64,000 bases of DNA from Candidatus Peribacteria bacterium (GTDB lineage: Bacteria > Patescibacteriota > Gracilibacteria > Peribacterales > Peribacteraceae): contig CP082927.1 of the NCBI GenBank assembly GCA_023038255.1, forward strand, positions 446,146 through 510,145, in the 5' to 3' direction. Below, in pieces: positions 43,780-53,448 of the stretch. The translations under genes were made by a program, and so were the position numbers. The notes under the pieces were generated by a model. That model did not search any database and was not told the origin of the DNA. It was given only the letters and a program-made list of their open reading frames with translations. How positions within the stretch are numbered: the first letter of the stretch is position 1; each line of letters begins with the position of its first letter.

Positions 43780-46770
43780 ATGTGCCCGAATATCCCCTCC
43801 GCCTCACCGCAGTCACCTGAGGACATTGCTCAGGCCAAGCAGCGTGAAGAAGAAAAGGTGCAGCGTGAACTGGATGAAAAGCGGGACATGCTTTCCATGG
43901 ATATTCTGCAGAACGTCACGACGCAGATTGTCACGATGGAAGAGGAAATTCGCGTAAAAAATGATGCACTACAAAAAGCGATCACACAGCGACAGGGGTG
44001 GACGCAGGATGCAGTGATTTATGCAAAGAAAGATGCCATTGTGCAGACACTCGAACAAGAGCTCGCAGGTGTCCGTACCAAACTCGACACACTGAAAAAT
44101 CAGCAGGGGATTATAAAAGGGCATATTTCATTCATCTATGAAAAAATGCCGAAAGGCAGAACCGATATCAGTGCATCGGATCTCAAGCATATCATCTGGC
44201 ATCCGACCATGAGCAGAGGGAAGGCAGTAGAATCCTCATCGCCAGTACCCGGAGCCGGAACCATTCTCCGCGAAAAAGTGGACGGCAAAGAAGGGGAGTA
44301 TATTTATACATGTCTGGCAGAAGACGGATCAGATGCGTATTTCAGAGTCTATGCACCGGGTCAGGTGCGCGAGGCCGAAACACAGACCGCAGATGGCAGG
44401 CCGATTGCTGTGGAGCAGGAAAAGGCGCTTGGAGTCTTGGATATTCTGAACAAGCCGCGTGAAGAATGGCGGCAGGGAATGCTAGCGTTAGTGAAAGACC
44501 CGAAGAATGCACAGGAATTGCAGGAGTGGGCAACGCAGGAAATGCCGATGGATGGCGGAAATGCGCTCGATTTCCAGAAAGAACTGTTGTCGGTCATTCT
44601 CGAGAAGAACGCAGCCATCAGCGGAGAAATCATGCGCGTCTGGAAGGAGCGTCTCGATGATCCTGCGGACGTGCGGAGAAACATCGATACCATCAAGCGT
44701 TTGTCGCTGCTGGGAAACATTCCGTTCGGTTGGGCGCTCGATGTCTATGAAAAGAAGGTGCAGACAGATCCGCTTACAGCAAAAGAACTCGGCACATCAC
44801 TGATGGGGGATGCGCTGCTTGCGGCGAATAATCCGACTGACAAAGACATGCTGATGGATCTGAAAAGGCGCTTTGAATCGGCAAAGAATCCGTTCATGCG
44901 TGCGCAGCTTCTGCTGATGCTCTGCGAGAGTGATCTTGTATTTGAACAGACGGTTTCGTCTGATGACCTCTGGAATGCAGCCATGGTGAATGAATCCGTA
45001 TGCACCGCTGTCCTTCCTGTTTTCATCAAGCGCAAAGATCCGCGTACGGTCGAACTTCTGGAAAAAATCATGAAGAGCGGCACGCATTTTGAAGCGGATC
45101 TTGTGCATTTCACGAGAGTGATGCTGGACGCCACGCGCTATGTTCTGACATTGCCGGATGCAGAGAAGCAGAAAATCATAAAACTCTGTGATGATTTGAT
45201 GGGATCGGATACTGTTTTGCATCCGCTTTTTCTCAAAATGTTTACCGTTCTGAATAAGCCTGGAGCTGCACTTGAAGTCGCTGGTATCGGCGATAATCAC
45301 GAGATGATACTAAGAATGCAAATGCTTCTTCAGGCCAATGAAGAGCTTGATGCGCGCATTGCTGCATTGAAAAACATACCTGCTGATCAGCGAATGCAGA
45401 TGATGAAGGCGCAGGCGCCGCTTCCCGGAAACCAGCAATTGCTCATCCTGAAAAACCAGGCTGATGTGGAAGTGGATCAGGTGGCAAATGATATTGCAAA
45501 AGATGCTGCAGAGCTGATTCACAGATTGCAGAAGCCCGATGCACCGAATCTGCTGCCCATTCCAAACGATGTTGTCACCGATGCAGAAAACGCCATTCAG
45601 GATGCCTTCAAGAGCATTGCATGGGATGACACGATGTTTGAACCGATTGTGATGAACGCGCCGGGAGTATATGAAGAAAATCTTCTGCGGGAGCAACTGG
45701 CACCGCGTTTGAAAAAAATATTTGAAAACGGACGCATGAAAAAACTGGGAATCGACGATACAATGTGTGAAAAATGGGTCGACCTGATTGTCTCGGACAA
45801 GAAGAATCAGGCTGCAGTGCACACGGTGATGCAGGCAAGAATGGTGTCAGAAATTGCCAATGGAAATAAGCTTCTTGAGGAAAAACTGGTCGATCACCTG
45901 CTGCAGAATTTTGAGAAAGGACAAGGGGAAAAACAATTTGCCAATGTGTTCGGAAAAAACTTTGCACTGAAATCCAAACTGCTCTTCGCACAGAATACCG
46001 CGCATCAGGGGATATATGCCGGTGGATCGGTTCTTCCGGTAGCTGCTGCAGCTGCTCCCGTTGCGGCCACCGTCGTTGCGGCAAAAATAACCGGATCAGC
46101 CAAACCGCTTGAAGAGGCGAGCGTTGCCCCCAAAGAATCTTCTGAGAAAGAAGTGGAAAAAATATCACCCGCCTTAAAGCCGCTGCTGGAAAATACAATA
46201 ACTGTCGTGAATGACGGCATTCAGTATTCCCGTGGAACGGTTGATGGATACGATGTGGTGATCGCGGAATCCGACTTTTCCACCCGCGCGTTCCTGCAGA
46301 TGAAAAATGAAATGCTCGAACTACCGACACCGGATGTAAGCGGACTCAATACTGTCGTGATTGATCGCGGCAATCAGACGACGGTGTTTTATAATCTGGA
46401 AAAACAGCAGATCGAAGATCCGTACGACAAAAAACAGAACGACATTCTGAGCCGCATTTTTGAAATCGATACCGCGACATCCGTCGTGCACGATAAGCAG
46501 ATCCAGTACATCAGCGACGGAATGCATCTCCTGTTCCGTGGTGCCGCAGACACAATCCGTGCAGCGCACCCGCTTCGTGTGCTCGGAATTATTACCGATG
46601 ATGACAAGATCGACGAAAAACGTGCCGATCAGTTCCGCGAACTCTTCCATTATCACATGGATGAAATCCGCGACTGGACATTTGCCGATATGCAGGCTCT
46701 CACAAAGCTGTGGGAGAAAGAAGACAAATTCGTCTTCGCTCCGCTGATCGACCTGCGTGGTGAGGCCTAA
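43780..46770 (+). CDS. giant orphan protein L (996 aa)
   Basis: Long ORF with its own promoter (43728-43756). Coiled-coil N-terminus, helical-repeat-like middle, Ala-rich hydrophobic hairpin GGSVLPVAAAAAPVAATVVAAKI. No signal peptide. Confidence 0.8.
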   Translation: MCPNIPSASPQSPEDIAQAKQREEEKVQRELDEKRDMLSMDILQNVTTQIVTMEEEIRVKNDALQKAITQRQGWTQDAVIYAKKDAIVQTLEQELAGVRTKLDTLKNQQGIIKGHISFIYEKMPKGRTDISASDLKHIIWHPTMSRGKAVESSSPVPGAGTILREKVDGKEGEYIYTCLAEDGSDAYFRVYAPGQVREAETQTADGRPIAVEQEKALGVLDILNKPREEWRQGMLALVKDPKNAQELQEWATQEMPMDGGNALDFQKELLSVILEKNAAISGEIMRVWKERLDDPADVRRNIDTIKRLSLLGNIPFGWALDVYEKKVQTDPLTAKELGTSLMGDALLAANNPTDKDMLMDLKRRFESAKNPFMRAQLLLMLCESDLVFEQTVSSDDLWNAAMVNESVCTAVLPVFIKRKDPRTVELLEKIMKSGTHFEADLVHFTRVMLDATRYVLTLPDAEKQKIIKLCDDLMGSDTVLHPLFLKMFTVLNKPGAALEVAGIGDNHEMILRMQMLLQANEELDARIAALKNIPADQRMQMMKAQAPLPGNQQLLILKNQADVEVDQVANDIAKDAAELIHRLQKPDAPNLLPIPNDVVTDAENAIQDAFKSIAWDDTMFEPIVMNAPGVYEENLLREQLAPRLKKIFENGRMKKLGIDDTMCEKWVDLIVSDKKNQAAVHTVMQARMVSEIANGNKLLEEKLVDHLLQNFEKGQGEKQFANVFGKNFALKSKLLFAQNTAHQGIYAGGSVLPVAAAAAPVAATVVAAKITGSAKPLEEASVAPKESSEKEVEKISPALKPLLENTITVVNDGIQYSRGTVDGYDVVIAESDFSTRAFLQMKNEMLELPTPDVSGLNTVVIDRGNQTTVFYNLEKQQIEDPYDKKQNDILSRIFEIDTATSVVHDKQIQYISDGMHLLFRGAADTIRAAHPLRVLGIITDDDKIDEKRADQFRELFHYHMDEIRDWTFADMQALTKLWEKEDKFVFAPLIDLRGEA

Positions 46771-46817
46771 AACGCCTGCAAAAGCACCTCAATTACCTTT
46801 TAGAAAATGTCTTATAA

Positions 46818-46846
46818 TTGCGTAAAAATACAAAATTTGGTATAAT
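46818..46846 (+). promoter_or_regulatory. promoter of cassette M-N
   Basis: TTGCGT-N17-TATAAT (TGGTATAAT), 19 nt before ATG 46866. Confidence 0.55.
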
Positions 46847-46865
46847 AGAGAGAAAACAAAAAACT

Positions 46866-47186
46866 ATGGATGACACACAAATCCCCAGCGGCCAGGAGAT
46901 CTATGACGCCATTATGGCAGGTATTGAACCAGAGCTGACTACTGCAGGACTGGAGACGCTGGAGCAGGTGTATGCGAATGAATTAGAGCAAGACAAGGCA
47001 GCCCGCGCCACACGGTATGACACTGCATTTCTGGAATACGACAAACAGTTCCAGGCATACAGCGATCAGTGGATAGACAGTCTGCGCTCGTACAAACGCA
47101 CGGCGGTCTCCTCACTCGAAAAAGAAAACCGTGAAACGGAAGACAAGGCCGCGCTCGATTCTATCGAATCTTCTCTCTCAGCATGA
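46866..47186 (+). CDS. small helical protein M (106 aa), paralog of F
   Basis: The track start at 46818 overlaps the promoter (TTGCGT-N17-TATAAT, 46818-46846), so ATG 46866 (MDDTQIPSGQEIYDAIMAGIEPELTT) is preferred. Its stop overlaps the start of N (ATGA). Confidence 0.75.
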   Translation: MDDTQIPSGQEIYDAIMAGIEPELTTAGLETLEQVYANELEQDKAARATRYDTAFLEYDKQFQAYSDQWIDSLRSYKRTAVSSLEKENRETEDKAALDSIESSLSA

Positions 47187-49321
47187 TGCATGTCTGTCGT
47201 TCCCATTGGCAGGTGACACAGCGCGAGCGCCGCGAAATTTTTCAGTTGCCCAATGTTCCCCAGAATGCACCGCAAAATGCGCCGGCTGCCACGCCGCAGG
47301 CTGCGCCGAATGTTCCGCCGAATAATCCGAACGCTGCAAAAAATATCGCGAAAGATAAAATTGTGAAAGCGGAAGCGACGGGTAACAAAATCCGGTCCAT
47401 GAAGCAGAGCATGGATGCTGCGCTGGCACAGATCGCGAATATCGGAAAGCCTCCTGCAGCCCCAGTTGCAGGCGCCCCGGACGCACTGACCGCAGCAGTA
47501 ACATCCGTCGATGCCATCAAAACCGCATCCAATATCAATACCCTTCCTGCAGATGCGCTGACCGACATGATGCAGAGCGCACGCACACTCGGTCCGGAAG
47601 CAGGGGAAGTGTGCGATAAAATTCAAGACGCCATGACACAGTTGCAGGCTGCTCTTACGAACGAGCCTGATGCGGTGAAACAGAAGCAGATTACGGACAT
47701 GGCAATACTGCTGGAAAATAATGCAAAACTTATTCTGGCCGATCTCCTCACGCCCGATGTAAAAACCGGTGCGCCGAAAGGTATCGGGTCCCTTTTTGGA
47801 ACAATGCAACCGGAAGAAGCTGCAAAAATCACTGATGCGGCGAATGCAAGCCCTACCATGACCAGCATTAATGATTCATCCCTGTCCGAAGACGAGCGCA
47901 GCAAACTGATCGGTAAAGTGATGTGTGACCATGGCGTGACAATCGAGAAAGATGCCAGTGGCCAGTACATTGCAGTTGCCCCGCTGAGCCCGTTTGCAAA
48001 ATTTCTGAATCAGATCAACGGTATTTTCAGACTGCTTGGATTTGTGAAGACGCCGGTGAAGGGTGCAGAGACGAATCCATCCACTCCATCCAACGGTCCG
48101 CAGACGACGCTGAATCAGGCAGAACAGGATGCCATTAAAAAGAACATCAAAGATCCAGCCTTCGGCATGGCCACTGAAAAGGGAAAAGCAAAGACCGCAA
48201 AAGCGACTGCTGAAAAGGCACTCTACGGTATGGCTCTCGCTCCCAATACGCCTCCTCCCGTGCCGGCGCCGGGCAGCTTGAAAGGACAGCTCACTGCTCT
48301 GACCGCAGAGAAGACAAAGCTCGAAACAGATATCGCCGCTCTCAAGGCTGCAAACCCTCCCGATCAGAATGCAATTACCACAGAAACTGGAAAGCTGAAT
48401 GTAAAGATGTCTGAAATCACCGCGAAGGAAGCGGAGATAAAAGTGCAGGAAGAGATTGTGAAAAAAGAGGACGTAAAAATGAAATACATTGATGACTTGC
48501 AGAAAGCCGCGACAGATTCTGTGACTGCCATGACAGAAGTGCAGACATACATCACGACGCTCAATACGAAACGCACGTACAAAAATGCAGACTCAAAAAT
48601 TGTAGGCGATGCATTGTCGGGCATACAGATAGATGGTCCGGGCAATGATCTCAGCATTCGCTGCCTGAATGTAAATCTGTCAGCATGGCAGGCGATGCAG
48701 GATCTTGCTGCGCAGAAATTCGGCATTGTAAAAACTGACATGGATCTCACGCAGCCGGATATCATGAAAGATCCGGAAAAATGTCTTGCTGCACTCAAAG
48801 TCATCAAACAGAGATTGGCGGATCATGAAAAGAAAATAGATAGCCGCATCGGAGCATTGACCGCTGTCGGTGCATCAAATGACGAAGCAGCAGATGTGGC
48901 AAAAATTGAAATGAATGTACCCGGTATCCAGTTTGAGTATAAAAACGCACAGTGGTCATTTGCCACTGACCCGGGCGCAAATGCGTACGATGCCTATTTA
49001 AAATCCGGCGAGGACAATGTTACAGCGGTCTTAAAAAACTACATGGACCAGAAAATACAGAGCGACCCTCTTTCTCCTTTGAGCGTGTCTTTTTTGGATA
49101 AGGCTCTGGAATATGAAAATAGTATCAATCCAAACACTGTTGCCATACGGCAATATAAGCAACTGATAAAAGATATTCCTCTCCTGAAGCAAAATGTCAG
49201 TGTGTCCACACCCATGGTAAAGGTAACTGATGTTCCGGGTTTGAAGGATGCAATAGAGAAGCATCCTTTGTTTACAGGAAATACACTTGATGCAGACTTG
49301 AAGACGAATATGGGGATGTAA
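47183..49321 (+). CDS. giant orphan protein N (712 aa)
   Basis: The start overlaps the stop of M by 4 nt. N-terminal NVPQNAPQNAPAATPQAAPNVPPNNPN low-complexity region. HGVTIEKDASGQYIAV module shared with G. No signal peptide. Confidence 0.8.
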   Translation: MMHVCRSHWQVTQRERREIFQLPNVPQNAPQNAPAATPQAAPNVPPNNPNAAKNIAKDKIVKAEATGNKIRSMKQSMDAALAQIANIGKPPAAPVAGAPDALTAAVTSVDAIKTASNINTLPADALTDMMQSARTLGPEAGEVCDKIQDAMTQLQAALTNEPDAVKQKQITDMAILLENNAKLILADLLTPDVKTGAPKGIGSLFGTMQPEEAAKITDAANASPTMTSINDSSLSEDERSKLIGKVMCDHGVTIEKDASGQYIAVAPLSPFAKFLNQINGIFRLLGFVKTPVKGAETNPSTPSNGPQTTLNQAEQDAIKKNIKDPAFGMATEKGKAKTAKATAEKALYGMALAPNTPPPVPAPGSLKGQLTALTAEKTKLETDIAALKAANPPDQNAITTETGKLNVKMSEITAKEAEIKVQEEIVKKEDVKMKYIDDLQKAATDSVTAMTEVQTYITTLNTKRTYKNADSKIVGDALSGIQIDGPGNDLSIRCLNVNLSAWQAMQDLAAQKFGIVKTDMDLTQPDIMKDPEKCLAALKVIKQRLADHEKKIDSRIGALTAVGASNDEAADVAKIEMNVPGIQFEYKNAQWSFATDPGANAYDAYLKSGEDNVTAVLKNYMDQKIQSDPLSPLSVSFLDKALEYENSINPNTVAIRQYKQLIKDIPLLKQNVSVSTPMVKVTDVPGLKDAIEKHPLFTGNTLDADLKTNMGM

Positions 49322-49340
49322 TCAAATAAAGAGAAAAGCC

Positions 49341-49369
49341 TTGCATTGAAATGCCCGCATTCGTATAAT
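49341..49369 (+). promoter_or_regulatory. dedicated promoter of rpoC
   Basis: TTGCAT-N17-TATAAT, about 113 nt before ATG 49483. Confidence 0.55.
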
Positions 49370-49482
49370 GCGTCCACATTTCCGGTGTTTCCCGCTTATT
49401 TGAGACGAATAAGAAACGGGGGCAACGGAGTTTCGTGCGTGAATTTTTCCGCAGAAATAAGCCATTTTTCCCACTTTCTCAC

Positions 49483-52400
49483 ATGCCGACAACTGCTACG
49501 TCCGCAACCGATTCCTTCGACGCCGTCGCCCTCAGCGTTGCCAGTCCGGATGATATCCTGACCTGGTCCCGCGGTGAGGTGACCAAAGCCGAAACCGTGA
49601 ACTACCGCACACAGCGTGCCGAGCCGGATGGCCTCTTCTGTGAGCGTATTTTCGGTCCGACCAAGAACTTCCAGTGTTTCTGTGGAAAGTACAAAGGAAT
49701 CCGTTATAAGGGTGTTATCTGTGAAAAGTGTGGTGTCGAAGTCACGCGCTCTATCGTTCGCCGTGAACGTATGGGCCACATCAACCTGGCTGTTCCCATC
49801 GCGCACATCTGGTTTTTGCGCTCCAGCCCGTCCCGCATCGGACTTCTGCTCGATCTCCCGATCAAGACCCTCGAACAGATCGTCTATTTCGCAGCATACG
49901 TCGTGATCAGCGTGAACGAAGATATGAAGACAGAAGCGGAGAAGGAACTCAGCGCCAGCATGGAAAACCGCCGCAAGCAGGTCGTACGCGAGTATGAAGA
50001 GGCAAAGAAGCAGCTCACAGAAAGCAATGCCACCCGCGCCCAGCTTGATGCGCTTGATAAAGAGTATGCAGAACGTCTCGAATCTCTGAAGCTGAACCAC
50101 AAAGAAGCGCTCGATGATCTGAAAAACCTCCACACCGGAGGTGTGCTCTCCGAGCTCAAATTCCGTGAAATGAACATGAAGTTCGGTCACGTGTTCCGCG
50201 CCGGTACCGGTGCCGAATCGCTCCGCGAAGTCATCCTTAATATTGAACTCCAGCAGCTCGCAACCGATCTTCAGGCCGAGCGTGAGAAGTCGTCGGGTCA
50301 GAAACTCAAGAAAGTCATGAAGCGCATGAAGTTCGTGAACAGCATTCTCCAGGCAGGCATCGACCCGTCCTGGATGATCCCGACACGCCTCCCTGTGCTC
50401 CCTCCTGATCTGCGCCCGATGGTGCAGCTCGACGGAGGACGCTTCGCTGCATCTGACCTCAACGATTTGTACCGCCGCGTCATCAACCGTAACTCCCGTC
50501 TCAAAAAGCTGATGAGCATTGGTGCGCCGGAAGTCATCTGCCGCAACGAAAAGCGTATGTTGCAGGAAGCGGTCGATACATTGCTGAACAACTCCGCTCG
50601 CGGAGGCAAGACACTGTTTACCGCAGGAGATCGCCGCAAACTCCGCTCTCTCTCCGATATGTTGAAGGGAAAGCAGGGACGCTTCCGCCAGAACCTCCTT
50701 GGAAAGCGCGTGGACTACTCCGGACGTTCTGTGATCGTCGCCGGTCCGCACCTCAAGCTCAACCAGTGTGGTCTGCCGAAAGAAATGGCGATGAAACTCT
50801 TCAAGCCGTTTGTGATCGGAACCATCATCCGCCGCGAACTCGCACACAACGTGAAGGCTGCCGAGCGTCTCATTCAGGACGGTGGCAAAGAGGTGTGGGA
50901 TATCCTCGAAGAAGTCATTAAGGACAAGTACGTCCTCCTCAACCGCGCGCCGACACTGCACCGCCTTGGTATCCAGGCCTTCAAGCCGACTCTGATCGAA
51001 GGTCTCGCGATCCAGCTGCATCCGCTCGCCTGTACGGCCTTCAACGCCGACTTCGACGGAGACCAGATGGCTGTTCACGTGCCGCTGTCCGACAATGCGC
51101 AGCAGGAAGCACGCAGACTGATGTCCGCATCCACAAACGTGCTGAAGCCGTCCGCTGGTGAGCCGATCATCAACCCGGTGCAGGACATGGTGCTCGGTTG
51201 TTACTTCCTCACACAGGTGCACGATGGCAAGAAGGGCGAAGGGATGATTTTCTCCACCCAGGACGAAGCATTCCTCGCATTTGACTCCGGCGTGGTCGAT
51301 CTGCAGGCAAAGATCAAGGTCCGTGTTCCTGCTGAAGATGGAAAGACCCAGATTATCGACACATCCGTCGGACGCCTCAAATTTGATGAAATCATGCCGG
51401 AAGGAATGGGCCGCACGACCAAGCCGATGACGAAGAAATATCTGAGTAACCTCATCGCAAAAGCACTCGAACTCGTCGGCGAAGAGCAGACGACACAGTT
51501 TGCAGACCGTATTAAGGACGTTGGCTTCAAGTTCGCAACCATGTCCGGTGTGTCCATTGCGGCATCCGACATTTTGGTGCCGGTTGAAGCAGAAACGCTT
51601 GTGGCGGAAGCAAACGTGAAGATCAACGATATGACGAACTTCTACTCGAAGGGATTCATCACCGCTGATGAAAAATACAACCACGCTATCCGCATCTGGT
51701 CCCAGACAAAGAACGAAGTGTCCAGCGCGATGATCCGCGACTTCCTCAAGGAACCGGAAAACGACATCACCTACGTGATCGACTCCGGCGCTCGTGGTAA
51801 CTGGGGACAGGTCACCCAGCTCGGAGGTATGAAAGGACTCGTTGCCAACCCGTCCGGACGCACCATCGAACTCCCGATCCAGAGCAACCTCAAGCACGGA
51901 TTCTCCGTTCTTGAATACTTCATCGCGACACACGGAGGACGCAAAGGAAAGTCCGACACCGCTCTCAAGACTGCGGAAGCCGGTTACCTCACACGCCGTT
52001 TGGTCGATGCAGTGCAGGACATCATTATCCGCGAAGAAGATTGTGGATGTCTCACCAGCCATAAGATCACGACAGCAGATTCCGAGCGCATCGGTGAAAA
52101 ATTCGAGAGCCGCATCTTCGGACGCACCCTCGGAGAAGACATCGTTAGCGGCGGCAAGACGATTGCGACCCGCAACCAGGAAATCGACGCCGATCTCATC
52201 GATCTTTTGCACGAACATAAGATTGAAGATGTACTCGTGCGCTCCGTGATGACGTGTAAGACCAAGCAGGGAATCTGTGTCCGCTGCTACGGCCGCGATC
52301 TCGGTAACAACAAGACTGTCAAAATCGGAACACCGGTCGGTATCATCGCTGCCCAGTCCATCGGAGAACCGGGAACGCAGCTCACCATGAGAACCTTCCA

Positions 52401-53355
52401 CATGGGAGGAGTCGCCGAAGGAGCCGACATCACGCAGGGTCTCACCCGCGTGGAAGAACTGTTTGAAGCACGCAACCCGCGCTCCGCAGCCCAGCTCGCT
52501 GATATTTCCGGAAACGTGAAAGTCAGCCACCAGGGCGGAAAGACCACGGTCACCATCCACGAAGAAGTGCCGGGTGAGGATAACTACCACCTCCAGGCAG
52601 GATTCGAAGTGGTCGTGGAGAAGGGTGAAAAGGTTGCAGAACGCACCATTCTCGCAAAATCCCGCTACGACAAGTCCGTCATCCGCGCTGTTGCAGCCGG
52701 AGAAGTGACTGCTATCGGCGACGGTGAGATCAAGGTGAAGCACTACGAACTCCAGGAAAAGGCCTACCAGTTCGGTGGCCGTGAATCGCTCATTGTGAAG
52801 ACCGGTTCCAAGGTTTCTGTGGGTGATCCGCTCAACGTTGGACACTTTAACCTCCAGGATCTCCTCGAAAAGAAGGGTGTCTACGCTGTGCAGAACTACG
52901 TCGTGCAGGAAGTGCAGCACATCTACGCATCCCAGGGTCAGACTATCAACGACAAACACCTGGAAATCATTGTCCGCAAGATGTTCTCCAAAATCCGCTG
53001 TTCCGATGCCGGTGACACGAACTTCCTGCCGGGCGAAGTGGCCGACAAGGGTGAAGTGGACTACGAAAACGAGCGTTTGGCTGCCGATACGAAGGGAAAG
53101 GCAAAAGCCGCTACCTACGAGCAGCTGCTCCTCGGTATCACCCGCGTGGCTCTCGCAACTGATTCCTGGCTCTCCGGTGCTTCCTTCCAGGAAACCATCC
53201 GCGTGCTTGTGGACGCTGCCACCACCCGTAAGATCGATATGCTCGCAGGACTCAAGGAAAACGTCATTATCGGTCGTTTGATCCCGACGGGTGAGGTCTA
53301 CCGCAAGCGTTTTGCTCTCGAGCAGGGTCTGGAAGAGCCTGCAGATGAGATATAA
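49483..53355 (+). CDS. rpoC: DNA-directed RNA polymerase subunit beta-prime
   Basis: The N-terminus ...SPDDILTWSRGEVTKAETVNYRT, the zinc-binding region CFCGKYKG..CEKCGVEV and the catalytic NADFDGDQMAVHVP are all present. ATG 49483 is preferred to the track GTG at 49435. Confidence 0.98.
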   Translation: MPTTATSATDSFDAVALSVASPDDILTWSRGEVTKAETVNYRTQRAEPDGLFCERIFGPTKNFQCFCGKYKGIRYKGVICEKCGVEVTRSIVRRERMGHINLAVPIAHIWFLRSSPSRIGLLLDLPIKTLEQIVYFAAYVVISVNEDMKTEAEKELSASMENRRKQVVREYEEAKKQLTESNATRAQLDALDKEYAERLESLKLNHKEALDDLKNLHTGGVLSELKFREMNMKFGHVFRAGTGAESLREVILNIELQQLATDLQAEREKSSGQKLKKVMKRMKFVNSILQAGIDPSWMIPTRLPVLPPDLRPMVQLDGGRFAASDLNDLYRRVINRNSRLKKLMSIGAPEVICRNEKRMLQEAVDTLLNNSARGGKTLFTAGDRRKLRSLSDMLKGKQGRFRQNLLGKRVDYSGRSVIVAGPHLKLNQCGLPKEMAMKLFKPFVIGTIIRRELAHNVKAAERLIQDGGKEVWDILEEVIKDKYVLLNRAPTLHRLGIQAFKPTLIEGLAIQLHPLACTAFNADFDGDQMAVHVPLSDNAQQEARRLMSASTNVLKPSAGEPIINPVQDMVLGCYFLTQVHDGKKGEGMIFSTQDEAFLAFDSGVVDLQAKIKVRVPAEDGKTQIIDTSVGRLKFDEIMPEGMGRTTKPMTKKYLSNLIAKALELVGEEQTTQFADRIKDVGFKFATMSGVSIAASDILVPVEAETLVAEANVKINDMTNFYSKGFITADEKYNHAIRIWSQTKNEVSSAMIRDFLKEPENDITYVIDSGARGNWGQVTQLGGMKGLVANPSGRTIELPIQSNLKHGFSVLEYFIATHGGRKGKSDTALKTAEAGYLTRRLVDAVQDIIIREEDCGCLTSHKITTADSERIGEKFESRIFGRTLGEDIVSGGKTIATRNQEIDADLIDLLHEHKIEDVLVRSVMTCKTKQGICVRCYGRDLGNNKTVKIGTPVGIIAAQSIGEPGTQLTMRTFHMGGVAEGADITQGLTRVEELFEARNPRSAAQLADISGNVKVSHQGGKTTVTIHEEVPGEDNYHLQAGFEVVVEKGEKVAERTILAKSRYDKSVIRAVAAGEVTAIGDGEIKVKHYELQEKAYQFGGRESLIVKTGSKVSVGDPLNVGHFNLQDLLEKKGVYAVQNYVVQEVQHIYASQGQTINDKHLEIIVRKMFSKIRCSDAGDTNFLPGEVADKGEVDYENERLAADTKGKAKAATYEQLLLGITRVALATDSWLSGASFQETIRVLVDAATTRKIDMLAGLKENVIIGRLIPTGEVYRKRFALEQGLEEPADEI

Positions 53356-53448
53356 AAGCCTTTACTTCGTCTATTCAAGTCATTACTATCCCCCCACCTT
53401 CGCTCACCCGAGCTACGGTGGGTAAACCACCCCCTTTCTCACTATTCA

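Noticed and set aside
22806-49321. The orphan block as a prophage, ICE or genomic island
   Set aside because: No integrase, recombinase, terminase, capsid, portal, relaxase or tRNA attachment site is visible, and no direct repeats bound the block. Lower GC is suggestive only. I therefore do not call it a mobile element.
49435-49482. Upstream alternative starts given by the ORF track (GTG 49435 rpoC, GTG 58021 giant gene, ATG 22821 gene A, GTG 24117 gene B, ATG 46818 gene M, TTG 3773 pilin-like, TTG 11655, ATG 17027)
   Set aside because: In each case the extension overlaps a predicted promoter or lacks similarity to the family N-terminus. An internal ATG gives a canonical N-terminus or signal peptide.
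49396-52959. 1187-aa ORF antisense to rpoC
   Set aside because: It fully overlaps a gene with unmistakable RpoC motifs. The peptide is low-complexity and rich in V/D/F/H/L. Long antisense ORFs are expected when the sense strand has strong codon bias. No independent evidence supports it.
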